Sequence record: LT960552.1
Length of the DNA stretch: 64,000 nucleotides
Reading direction: 5' to 3' (one strand)
Part shown: one piece after another, positions 44,365-53,980 of the stretch
How positions within the stretch are numbered: the first letter of the stretch is position 1
Layout of the letters: each line of letters starts with the position of its first letter
Notes under the pieces: generated by a model
Databases searched by the model: none
What the model was told of the DNA's origin: nothing
The model's input: only the letters and a program-made list of their open reading frames with translations
Position numbers and translations under genes: made by a program

Positions 44365-44393
44365 TGAAACAGATTTAAAAAATCTGGTATAAT
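44365..44393 (+). promoter_or_regulatory. TGAAAC-N17-TATAAT promoter upstream of large ncRNA
   Basis: TGAAAC 44365-44370, TATAAT 44388-44393. Confidence 0.8.
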
Positions 44394-44399
44394 CAATAT

Positions 44400-44970
44400 G
44401 TAAAATTCTGTTTGATAGGGGCTTAATGCCCCTAAAGTTGTTTTTATCCTGATGTTATCGAAAAGTAGATACCAGTTGAGAAGTTCAAACAGTTCGCAGA
44501 GCAAAAGAAACCCGTTAGAAGTACGTGCAGTCAATCAAATGCGACATAAGACACCGAGATCACGGCAATGCGGCTCTATAAAGAAGTATATCTAATCATT
44601 ACTAATACTTCCTCGATAGACATATAAGATGCATCTTACCATATATGATAAGGGAGATTATGCATCGAATTTGTACAATATAGATCCGTCCAGAATTTGA
44701 TGTTATAATCAAGTACTTGGATTGATTGTATAGTCCAAGTATTAAGTGAGCTAAAACCTCGACCGTTGTTAGAACTGAAATAGGAAGAAATAGAACAACC
44801 CGCTTCCGTACTGTAAAGTAATTTTCAATACAATATTGCCGACGACTATCAGCGTCAGACTTTTCATCTCCCTGCGGGGGGATGAAATTGCCTCAACAAA
44901 TCGCGTCAGTATTATTAGGTCAAGTACAATTAAAAATTGATTTTCTTGCAACGAAGTAAAAGAAAATCCT
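44400..44970 (+). ncRNA. large structured non-coding RNA (~570 nt), unknown family
   Basis: No plus-strand ORF of 60 aa or more; at least six 7-9 bp hairpins; own RNA-gene-class promoter. Confidence 0.7.
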
Positions 44971-45032
44971 TGACTTGCTTTAGCAAGGCGAGTACAATAT
45001 ATTTCATTGAAGAAGTTATCTTTTAACAAAAA

Positions 45033-45842
45033 ATGAGGCATTCCAAAATGGGTGATATCTATTTAAAACTACGTCCAGAAGAACTTACTATGGATGTATT
45101 AAAAAACATGGATTTAAGTTCTTTAAATTCGGATGATCGTAGTCTTTTGTGTTCTATAGATGGTGCTCGTACGGTGTTGACCACCCTTGATATGCCCATT
45201 CGGTTACAAAACAAATTGAATGATATATCAAACCTTACATATGATGAATGTGTTGCTATTATAAACAATAGTACACGTGTCAGTGGTGACATTCAGCAAA
45301 AATATCATAATTATAGTATTAATTTATTATCAAAACATTTCAAAAAATTTGATCTATCTAACATCGAACGTCAAGAAAATATTAATCTTGAATTTGTTAA
45401 TAGTCATTGTAATGATATGGATATATCTGCATTCGTCCGAATTCGTATGAAACGTGGTGATGTTATGGATTTTTATGAAAATAAATCTGTTCGTAACAAA
45501 CTATTGCGTATTGGTGGTATTAAATGGAGTGAAACTAAAGATGAAATGCGTAACTCTATATTAAATTTTGCACCTAATACATTGGATAAAATTAATCCAG
45601 TACTGGATGAAATTTTCAATTTAACACTTAATAAAACTGTCTTTGCCAATTATTACGAGGATGGTAAAGGAAGTCATGGTGTTGATGCTATTGTTAATTT
45701 TTATATTAATAACTTTGATCCAGACGTAACTTATTCATGGTCTGAATTTGTGAAAACATCTATTGATAAAAATCGCGATGCATTAATTGATGTTTTTTGG
45801 CGTGATTATATCCAAGATAAAATCATTAATTGCCTAAAATAA
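45033..45842 (+). CDS. hypothetical helical-repeat protein
   Basis: ORF track; similar repeat character to 45900, 46921, 47466 and 53981. Confidence 0.7.
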   Translation: MRHSKMGDIYLKLRPEELTMDVLKNMDLSSLNSDDRSLLCSIDGARTVLTTLDMPIRLQNKLNDISNLTYDECVAIINNSTRVSGDIQQKYHNYSINLLSKHFKKFDLSNIERQENINLEFVNSHCNDMDISAFVRIRMKRGDVMDFYENKSVRNKLLRIGGIKWSETKDEMRNSILNFAPNTLDKINPVLDEIFNLTLNKTVFANYYEDGKGSHGVDAIVNFYINNFDPDVTYSWSEFVKTSIDKNRDALIDVFWRDYIQDKIINCLK

Positions 45843-45899
45843 TTTTCTTTTACATGGCACATAATGTGTGCCATATAACTAACGGTAGGACATAAAACT

Positions 45900-46853
45900 A
45901 TGTTAGCTGCAAAATCAACAAAAACAAGTTTATTAGATTTAAGTATTGATGAAATTCGCCAAATTGCATGGCTTTATATGAATGTTAATTCTTTTCAAAA
46001 AGATATGAATAATACTGATTTTTTACGCCGTGCTTATCTGGCTGATAAAGAATTACTTGTTAAGTTTTTAACAGATGACGATATGATCAGGTGTTTATCG
46101 TTAGGAACTATTAACTTCATACTTGAAATGTTGGAAGATTCGTTATCTGAATTGTTTGATGATGATAAAATTAGTCGTTATATTGTACTTGAACATCAAT
46201 TACCAATTGAATTTTTAGAACGTTATGCTACAATACTTCCATTGTATCATGCAGAGCACCAATTATCTATTACCCCTGAATTTTATTCTAAATATCATTC
46301 GCTTTTTGATGTTGAAGCATTTTGGGGGCATTTTGCATCTAATCATACATCAGACTTTAATACTTGGGCTACATATAATGATGGTGAATTAGTAGATAAA
46401 GTATTTAATAACTCAGTAACACGTTACTTTACAAAAGCTAAACTCATTGAACACAACATTACGGTTCCTAATTTTTATGATAATGTAGTTAATGAACAAC
46501 GTGTTATGGCTGGAGAACCGTGTTCTGATGGTCAACGTTCATATGCAATTTGGTTACGTAAGTATCGTCGTACTTATAATGATCAAACTGGTTATCCAAC
46601 ATGGGGACAACTTCTTGAATTGTTTGAAAAACATCCTCGTATGAATCATGATGGATATATTGATTGGTTGTTCAATCGTGTTGTACGTGACGAGTTTGAT
46701 GAAGATGATGAACATATAACACTTGAAATTGACGTACAGCAGGTTGATGAAGACGAATATGAATATGAATATGGTGAAAAAGAACGTGATGATGAAGATG
46801 AATCATATGAAGATGAAGAAGAATCATGTGAAGATGAAATGTTGCACGATTAA
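45900..46853 (+). CDS. helical-repeat protein, C-S-D-G motif family, acidic tail
   Basis: AGEPCSDG motif. Confidence 0.7.
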   Translation: MLAAKSTKTSLLDLSIDEIRQIAWLYMNVNSFQKDMNNTDFLRRAYLADKELLVKFLTDDDMIRCLSLGTINFILEMLEDSLSELFDDDKISRYIVLEHQLPIEFLERYATILPLYHAEHQLSITPEFYSKYHSLFDVEAFWGHFASNHTSDFNTWATYNDGELVDKVFNNSVTRYFTKAKLIEHNITVPNFYDNVVNEQRVMAGEPCSDGQRSYAIWLRKYRRTYNDQTGYPTWGQLLELFEKHPRMNHDGYIDWLFNRVVRDEFDEDDEHITLEIDVQQVDEDEYEYEYGEKERDDEDESYEDEEESCEDEMLHD

Positions 46854-46920
46854 TAAAAAACATTAATAAATTATGCCGAACAAAGTGTTCGGCATTTTCT
46901 TTATAAAAAGGCCACTACTA

Positions 46921-47469
46921 ATGAGTAAAGTTAATGCAGTACAAAAAGAACATGTTGAAACGTTAGCTAAACTAATTTCAGCAATTGACACTTATGGAAC
47001 TGAAAATGTTACAATAAGATCAGTAGGTGATCTTAATGCCATATTTAATTCAGATAGTACAATTAACGATTTGTATAATATTCTACTACCTAAGTTAAAT
47101 GATTTTAGTGCTAAAGAACTATTTTCTGATATTATCCGTACCAATACTATAATTACACGTCATAAAGATGTACTTGGTATTTCTAAAAATAAACTTCTTG
47201 ATAATTTATTTAATATGATTATTGAACGACGTATTATGATACATAATCTACCAAATAATACTAGTCTTAAACATTTAAATTTACTAGCAGATCATGAGTT
47301 GGTTAATTTATATAATATTGAAAATGTTAAATCTATTGACTTGGAATTTGTTAAAAAATATGGTAATAAAATGGATTTAAAACGTTTAAATCGATGCACA
47401 AATAAACCAGAAGTACTTGAATACAGTTCAGTATTAGGTACTTCTTTGGAAAGCGAAGGTACAAAATGA
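46921..47469 (+). CDS. hypothetical helical-repeat protein
   Basis: ORF track. Confidence 0.65.
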   Translation: MSKVNAVQKEHVETLAKLISAIDTYGTENVTIRSVGDLNAIFNSDSTINDLYNILLPKLNDFSAKELFSDIIRTNTIITRHKDVLGISKNKLLDNLFNMIIERRIMIHNLPNNTSLKHLNLLADHELVNLYNIENVKSIDLEFVKKYGNKMDLKRLNRCTNKPEVLEYSSVLGTSLESEGTK

Positions 47470-48269
47470 TTATTGAAATTGAATCAGTATGTGATGTAGA
47501 AAAAATTATTAAAAATAGCCATAGTTATACTGTTAAAAATGAAGATATTACCAAAGAAGTATTCATTGAATTCTTTGAAAAATGTTCTCCATCTGAATAT
47601 GAACGTCTATATTACCTTAACGTACTAAAGTACTACGATGAAGTACTAGATGATAATATTGCAAAAGTACTTCTATCTGGAAAATATGCACTAAGTTGGC
47701 TACTTAATGAAGCTAAATTATCACCAACTATGATAACATATATTGTTGATAATCTTGAGGTTCCATTAGATACTATTATAGCAAAACAGCCAATAACTTT
47801 CGACCAAATAATTAAACTTTTATCTAATAAAAGTTTTCATCTTAATTCTGGTGACCTTGGTGAAGCAATTGGGTCAACTGGTAATATTGAAATGGCAAAA
47901 CAGTTCATTACAGAATGGGATAATATTTTACCATTAATGAATAAAAGTTTAAGGAATGTAGATTTATCAGAATTTCGTTACCATATGTTTAATAACTTTG
48001 GAGATATTATAATCGATCCGGTAGATGAATTGACATTATTTGGTGTTAATCGTCCATCAATAAGTACTGAAGAATTGCGAACTTATGAACCATGTTCTGA
48101 TGGTTGGAAACGTGTTCTTAAATGGGCACCACGAAATGATACCCAATATTCATGGAATACATTTGTGGCCTTTCATACAATTGCAAATAAAGATGAATTG
48201 CATAATGTACAATCAGACTTAATTTGGTTAGCATCTACTTATCTAGAAACTCACAATCTTATAAAATAA
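47466..48269 (+). CDS. helical-repeat protein, C-S-D-G motif family
   Basis: YEPCSDGW motif. Confidence 0.7.
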   Translation: MIIEIESVCDVEKIIKNSHSYTVKNEDITKEVFIEFFEKCSPSEYERLYYLNVLKYYDEVLDDNIAKVLLSGKYALSWLLNEAKLSPTMITYIVDNLEVPLDTIIAKQPITFDQIIKLLSNKSFHLNSGDLGEAIGSTGNIEMAKQFITEWDNILPLMNKSLRNVDLSEFRYHMFNNFGDIIIDPVDELTLFGVNRPSISTEELRTYEPCSDGWKRVLKWAPRNDTQYSWNTFVAFHTIANKDELHNVQSDLIWLASTYLETHNLIK

Positions 48270-48330
48270 AACTTGACTTTTATTGATCTGTAATGTAATA
48301 TGGACTCTCATAATATAGAAGGGAGTCCAT

Positions 48331-48831
48331 ATGATTAAGTTAGAGCTGAATAATATTGCACCCAATGCATACCGAAATACATGTTGTATGTGTTGTGGAA
48401 TACCACAAATATCAAGGCAGTTTTTTAAAACACATGATGGAAAACTCGTACAAGCTACAGTTGACCACGTTGTACTACGTTCACTTGGTGGTTCATCAGA
48501 GGCTGAAAACCTCGTGATGATGTGTTACGATTGTAATCAGTTACGTGCAAATTTATTTGCAGAATTAAATCAATTTATTGATTGGTATTGGAGTGACGAC
48601 GAGTTGCCTAGGACTAAAAATTTTAGTTACCTCAAAGATAACCCAAAATATAAACATAAGTTCACATTCAATAAAACATATACTAAACATAAATCACCTA
48701 GTAGTGTTGGAATAGTACTTCCAAGTAAAAATTCATCAGTTGCATTAAATGTTATTGAAATGAATGGTGTTAAATATCAAGAATATAAACATCCATTATT
48801 CGGAAATAGTCTTATTAAGATAGAGGATTGA
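48331..48831 (+). CDS. HNH endonuclease-like protein
   Basis: CCMCCG, TVDHVVLRSLGG..NLVMMCYDCN. Confidence 0.8.
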   Translation: MIKLELNNIAPNAYRNTCCMCCGIPQISRQFFKTHDGKLVQATVDHVVLRSLGGSSEAENLVMMCYDCNQLRANLFAELNQFIDWYWSDDELPRTKNFSYLKDNPKYKHKFTFNKTYTKHKSPSSVGIVLPSKNSSVALNVIEMNGVKYQEYKHPLFGNSLIKIED

Positions 48832-49064
48832 ATATGACTACATTGATTGTTATGATAATTATTTTTTTTCCATCGCTATTATGTTTAGTACGATATCCTA
48901 ATGAAATTGTAAAGATAACATTACTTAATTTTGTATTGGGTTTTTTATGGGTTATGCATCCACCATCATACGGTTGGTTAAATGGTTTATTTCATTTAAT
49001 TGCATGGATATGCTGGTTCATGTTGATTGATGTTGATAACAACTTGAAAAAGGTAACTACATGA
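48828..49064 (+). CDS. small membrane protein
   Basis: Hydrophobic; ITLLNFVLG resembles immunity-type membrane proteins (weak). Confidence 0.55.
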   Translation: MNMTTLIVMIIIFFPSLLCLVRYPNEIVKITLLNFVLGFLWVMHPPSYGWLNGLFHLIAWICWFMLIDVDNNLKKVTT

Positions 49065-49381
49065 CATTGTTCGGATTTATAATTAGTAGTACTTTAGTCA
49101 ATAGTTTATTTTTATTTGACTTGTACGTAACTAAGTATACCCAACGTAGCTCATTATGGGGAGCATCACTTTCTCTTTGTATTAAACAAAGTGGATTATG
49201 TGAACTTATACCTTTTTGCACTATGATAGTACTATGGAGTTCTGGATTGTTTATAGGTAACAATACTTCATATGTTCAATTTTTATTCAGTAGTATATTT
49301 TGGATTTGGTTTAGTTTTGAATTCATTTCTACCACAATATTTTATTATGTTTTCAAAATAGATAAAATACCTAAGAGTTAA
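49061..49381 (+). CDS. membrane protein
   Basis: Three hydrophobic segments. Confidence 0.6.
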   Translation: MTLFGFIISSTLVNSLFLFDLYVTKYTQRSSLWGASLSLCIKQSGLCELIPFCTMIVLWSSGLFIGNNTSYVQFLFSSIFWIWFSFEFISTTIFYYVFKIDKIPKS

Positions 49382-49395
49382 TATATAGGAAAAAT

Positions 49396-50529
49396 ATGCA
49401 AACAAAATCAGTAGATGTAAGAATAAGAGAAACCAGAAAATTAAAACCACCAGGATCAATAATGACTGATACAAATTTAACACCCATTCAGCAACAAATT
49501 AAATCACTATTTTCTGATGCTATGGAATATTCTGCAAATCTTCGTATTACCGATATTGTAAATTATAACATGGCATCTAATTTTATTAATACAGTACAAG
49601 ATATAATTTATTATGTATCGAATGATGAGCCTATGGGTAAAAATACTTACAATAAAATTATTGAAATGTTTTGTGATAAACATGAATTTGAAAAAATCAA
49701 TTTCGGTAATTATTGTATAATTTATGATAATGTTAATATTCATGGTGCATTTTCTTATCATGAATATACAGAAAAAACATATGGATTGTACTATATCATT
49801 AACCAATCATATGTAGAAAGTCTTAACGATGTTGCGGATAATCGTCCCGATAAAAATGATACGCCTATAATTTCACGTATTAGTGTGGATAATCGTGGTT
49901 GCCTTGAAATGAATAATATTTTGTTTAATGCACCTAAAATTGACATTCCCTCTAATATTATGTATCCTTGGTTTGAATATACACCAGAAGAATATGCATT
50001 GAAATTCATAGAATCAAATGCTAATATTCTTCTATTGTATGGTGATCCAGGAACAGGTAAAACTACATTCATTAAGAAAATGCTACAAGGTATTGGATTT
50101 ACTGAAGCACGTAAAATTAATGTAGTTGATACCCCTGATGTTATGAATTCACCTGAACTAGTGAATAGAATATATATCTCTAAACATAAAGATATTTTTA
50201 TATTTGAAGATGTTGATAAACATCTATATTCACGTTCAGATGGTAATGAAATCATGGCGGGTTTATTAAATGCTGCTGAAGGTTTAGCATCACCTGATGT
50301 AAAAATTATTATCAGTACTAACATAAAACGTTTATCTGATATTGATAGTGCATTAATCCGTCCAGGTCGTTGTTATAAAACACTTGAATTCCATACACTA
50401 GATCAAGAACAACAAATTGGTATTCGTAATTTCTTAGATCTTGATACCGAAGTATGCAGTGGTAAACAATCTCTTGCTGAAGTTATGAATGAAAAATCAG
50501 CAAAAATTCAAGCATTTGGGTTTAACTAA
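49396..50529 (+). CDS. AAA+ ATPase
   Basis: Walker A GDPGTGKT, Walker B FIFEDVD, SRH ALIRPGR. Confidence 0.9.
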   Translation: MQTKSVDVRIRETRKLKPPGSIMTDTNLTPIQQQIKSLFSDAMEYSANLRITDIVNYNMASNFINTVQDIIYYVSNDEPMGKNTYNKIIEMFCDKHEFEKINFGNYCIIYDNVNIHGAFSYHEYTEKTYGLYYIINQSYVESLNDVADNRPDKNDTPIISRISVDNRGCLEMNNILFNAPKIDIPSNIMYPWFEYTPEEYALKFIESNANILLLYGDPGTGKTTFIKKMLQGIGFTEARKINVVDTPDVMNSPELVNRIYISKHKDIFIFEDVDKHLYSRSDGNEIMAGLLNAAEGLASPDVKIIISTNIKRLSDIDSALIRPGRCYKTLEFHTLDQEQQIGIRNFLDLDTEVCSGKQSLAEVMNEKSAKIQAFGFN

Positions 50530-50575
50530 TAATATAGAGAAGGGTTAATTCCCTTCTCTTTTTAAGGATAAAACA

Positions 50576-50887
50576 ATGGATTTAATATCATCAGTACTTA
50601 TATTTGTTTCATTAATTGGATTAATTTTGTTTATGTATGCTAACCTATCATCATTTATTCAAATATCATTCAATAAAAATTTTGATATAGATAAACATGA
50701 AGATAAATGGCAAATGAAAACATCTCCATTTTATGTAATATTAATCATAGGTTTTATTAATTTGGTTAATTTTTTTGTGCAATCACCAACATTGAAATTT
50801 ATTACTGATGTGGCATTTATCGCAGGAAGTTTAGCATATACAGTAGCACTTTGTGTTAATTTTTATAAAATGTACAAAATTTCTTGA
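50576..50887 (+). CDS. membrane protein
   Basis: Three hydrophobic segments. Confidence 0.6.
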   Translation: MDLISSVLIFVSLIGLILFMYANLSSFIQISFNKNFDIDKHEDKWQMKTSPFYVILIIGFINLVNFFVQSPTLKFITDVAFIAGSLAYTVALCVNFYKMYKIS

Positions 50888-50913
50888 TATTTTTTGATAA
50901 GTAAGGTACAATA

Positions 50914-51138
50914 ATGTTAAGGTATAAAATCACTCTAAAAGGTCTTAAACCTAATGCTGAAGAGTACATAACTGAAATATTGATTGTATGTGCTAGTACT
51001 GAATTTGAAATTGAAGCATTCATAAATGATGCTATATATGAATTGCGAAATCGTAATAAGTACTATCAAATGAAATATATATCTAAGGAATTGTATAATG
51101 GAAATGAAGAGTGTACATGCGGAATTAAACAAGTATAA
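50914..51138 (+). CDS. hypothetical protein
   Basis: ORF track. Confidence 0.6.
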   Translation: MLRYKITLKGLKPNAEEYITEILIVCASTEFEIEAFINDAIYELRNRNKYYQMKYISKELYNGNEECTCGIKQV

Positions 51139-51358
51139 ATCCAATTGGCGTACTCAAGCTGATGTAAATTCTACAATATCCAATTTAGTTAAAAAAATAA
51201 AACATTTAAAAAAACTTCGTGATAAAGAATTAAAAACAGCAAATACATTAGATGAAGTTAAATCTATTAGAACAAATCGTGGCAATGAAATAAAATTTTA
51301 TGATTTTCTATTGTACTCTATAAAACTTGATTACTATGAAATTATTGGGAACTTATGA
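51098..51358 (+). CDS. hypothetical protein
   Basis: ORF track. Confidence 0.55.
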   Translation: MEMKSVHAELNKYKSNWRTQADVNSTISNLVKKIKHLKKLRDKELKTANTLDEVKSIRTNRGNEIKFYDFLLYSIKLDYYEIIGNL

Positions 51359-51554
51359 TATATCAAATGTTGATACATGAACTAAATCAAATTAAAAATG
51401 AAGGTACTGATATTGGTAATTCAATTAAGTACTGTACTGAAAACGCATTTGATTTAGTTCAAAAATACAATGATGGATCAACTGTTAACGAATTGGTACA
51501 AGTATGTTTAGCACATAAATAAACTAAAGGAAATCATACTATAAGGATATTAAA

Positions 51555-51827
51555 ATGATTCATCCAAATATGAATGTTATACAACACTGGCAAGGTGTTA
51601 AAATCTCAGAACTCGGTGATCTTTTAAAATCACAAGGATTCCATTTTGTCAAATCATTTAGTACTGACGAAATGCGAATTTTTGTCAGTGAAGACCATAC
51701 ATTGATGATTATTTTTGAACGAAATGTTGGTAAAGTATATAATACTAAAGATAAGAAAAATACATTACACTCATTTAGTGTAGTTCCTGATGATGGACCT
51801 AAACTAAATCAAGTGAAACGTGCATAA
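51555..51827 (+). CDS. hypothetical protein
   Basis: AAGGA SD. Confidence 0.65.
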   Translation: MIHPNMNVIQHWQGVKISELGDLLKSQGFHFVKSFSTDEMRIFVSEDHTLMIIFERNVGKVYNTKDKKNTLHSFSVVPDDGPKLNQVKRA

Positions 51828-51832
51828 AAAAA

Positions 51833-51864
51833 GGGTTGACTTAGGTCAGCCCTTTTGCTATTAT
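51833..51864 (+). promoter_or_regulatory. terminator hairpin overlapping a sigma70-like promoter
   Basis: GGGTTGAC-TTAG-GTCAGCCC-TTTT; TTGACT-N17-TATTAT. Confidence 0.7.
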
Positions 51865-51913
51865 AACTGTACTGAAACTGATACCAATACCAATTTTAAG
51901 TGAGATTCTTCCC

Positions 51914-52774
51914 ATGATTAATGTTAAAAATGTTAAATTTAAACCTTCATATGTAATGAATTTTGACACTAATGTTAATGGTGTTAAAATGTCAAAAAAT
52001 GTACAAAAAGTTGTTGCAGTTATGAAGCGTGATGGCGTTAAATGTCATTGCTGTGAAAATGAGTCAGTATTTTTTGAAATTATTGATAAAAATCAGATGG
52101 CAGCATTTATTGACAAAAATGGTAAAAAAATTCGTCTTACATTAGACCATGATAAATTGGATTCATTGGGCGGTCAAAATATTATAAAAAATTTTCATGT
52201 ACTATGCGAAGAATGTAATATGATTCGTGGAGATTCCTTTGCAGAGTATGGTGCTTTCAAAGAATGGTATGATGAAAAGAAAAAATCTGGAAAGAAAATC
52301 AATAAATCAAAACACTATAATTATAATAGGATTGATTTTGATCATAATGTAAAATACCACTTTGATACTATTTTGTTTGAAAATGGTATTCCTAATCCAA
52401 TGAAACAAAAAATTATTAATGTATTCAAAACTAAAAATACATTATCAGGAATCTATGCATTGAAAGTAATGAGGAAAGTTGGTAAAGAACATCTTAATAA
52501 ATTCTTATCTGAACTGATTTATAGTACTGTAGCTGAACGTTTGAATATTAAACCTATTACTAATCAAAAAGTATTCAACCTTTTTCCAAAAAATGAGTCG
52601 TTAATATCAACTCAATTTTTTGCTAATTTAAACAGTAATATGAAAAATCAGTTAGCTCAAGTTACTAAAGAATATCAAAATAATTCAGTACAAAAAGAAG
52701 TTATTGAAATACATAATAACAGTACTTCCTTGTGGACACGTCTTTATACTGCATTACGTTCAATAATTTCATAA
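51914..52774 (+). CDS. HNH endonuclease-like protein, paralog of 48331
   Basis: CHCC, TLDHDKLDSLGG..NFHVLCEECN. Confidence 0.75.
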   Translation: MINVKNVKFKPSYVMNFDTNVNGVKMSKNVQKVVAVMKRDGVKCHCCENESVFFEIIDKNQMAAFIDKNGKKIRLTLDHDKLDSLGGQNIIKNFHVLCEECNMIRGDSFAEYGAFKEWYDEKKKSGKKINKSKHYNYNRIDFDHNVKYHFDTILFENGIPNPMKQKIINVFKTKNTLSGIYALKVMRKVGKEHLNKFLSELIYSTVAERLNIKPITNQKVFNLFPKNESLISTQFFANLNSNMKNQLAQVTKEYQNNSVQKEVIEIHNNSTSLWTRLYTALRSIIS

Positions 52775-52837
52775 AAACACTTGACTACCTTCGGGGAGTC
52801 TGTTATACTATCTTCATTAAGTGAGAGGGAGTATAAA

Positions 52838-53620
52838 ATGATTGATCGCCGTGAAGTACTAAAACTACGTATCGCTGAGAATTTTGATGCTATGATGGAT
52901 ACACTTGAGTGTGTCTTGAATCCATTGAATCCTATTAAATCCATGACTATTACTGGAGCGAGTGGTATTGGTAAATCATATAACGTTATTAAACGTTTAA
53001 AAGAAGCTGATGAATCAGGTTTTTGTAATTATCACTACCTTAACAGTAAATGTACTACCCTTGGCCTATACCAAGCACTGTGGAATGCACGTGAAATTGG
53101 TTCAGTACTGTTACTTGATGACGTTGATGTATTCGATACTGAAGATAAGTTGAACTTATTAAAAGCTTCATTGGAAACTGATGAAGAACGTATTATTACA
53201 TATATGAGTACTTCTCGTCATTTAGCTGATAATGATATCCCAACACAATTTGATTTTCGTGGTAAGATTGTATTCATTACTAACAAAGATTTAGTCAAAA
53301 TTTCAGAATCTAATTCAGCACTCTCACCACATGTGGATGCGTTGATGACTCGTGGTGTGTTTATTGATTTGGAAATTCATGATAATGAAAGTATTATGGT
53401 TCATATTGAAAACATCATGAATAGTACTAATATTGTCGCTAAATTTGGTATTAATAGCGAAGGAGCAAAAAGTATACTCAACTTCATGTTGAAGAATTCT
53501 GCTAATCTTCGTAAACCATCTTTACGTATGCCAGTACAATTGGCAGGATTGTTTTTGCAATATCCTGATAAATGGGAAGTACATGCAACTAAAATGTATG
53601 TAAAATCTAAGAAGGTATAA
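52838..53620 (+). CDS. P-loop/AAA-type ATPase
   Basis: GASGIGKS Walker A, LLLDDVD Walker B. Confidence 0.85.
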   Translation: MIDRREVLKLRIAENFDAMMDTLECVLNPLNPIKSMTITGASGIGKSYNVIKRLKEADESGFCNYHYLNSKCTTLGLYQALWNAREIGSVLLLDDVDVFDTEDKLNLLKASLETDEERIITYMSTSRHLADNDIPTQFDFRGKIVFITNKDLVKISESNSALSPHVDALMTRGVFIDLEIHDNESIMVHIENIMNSTNIVAKFGINSEGAKSILNFMLKNSANLRKPSLRMPVQLAGLFLQYPDKWEVHATKMYVKSKKV

Positions 53621-53621
53621 A

Positions 53622-53969
53622 ATGAACGAAATATTTTTAATTGCATCTTATGTAAATGTTTCTATATGGTTAATAGTATTAATAGTTATGTTCATTGGAT
53701 TTTGGACGTATGCAGACTATTATACTAATATGGATAAATTTACAAGTTTATTTATTTTAGTAGCAGGAGCACTTAAATTTATATTTGGAGCTATTATATT
53801 CAGTGCTGCATATAGCATTGATAATGATCTTAAGCATTCAATTGATGTTACTGTATACTTGGTTAGTATTATAAGTTCAGTTATATATGCATTTATTCTT
53901 TTTGTTATAATTATTCTTTTCTTCATACACTCACGCCAATACTTTGGTCGTAAACGTAATAAACTTTAA
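53622..53969 (+). CDS. membrane protein, W-x-F-x-x-D family paralog
   Basis: GFWTYADYY, basic C-tail. Confidence 0.65.
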   Translation: MNEIFLIASYVNVSIWLIVLIVMFIGFWTYADYYTNMDKFTSLFILVAGALKFIFGAIIFSAAYSIDNDLKHSIDVTVYLVSIISSVIYAFILFVIIILFFIHSRQYFGRKRNKL

Positions 53970-53980
53970 AGGTAATATAA

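Noticed and set aside
44769-45041. Minus-strand 90-aa ORF in the large non-coding region
   Set aside because: Opposite to local transcription, no SD, atypical composition; the hairpin pattern explains the region better.
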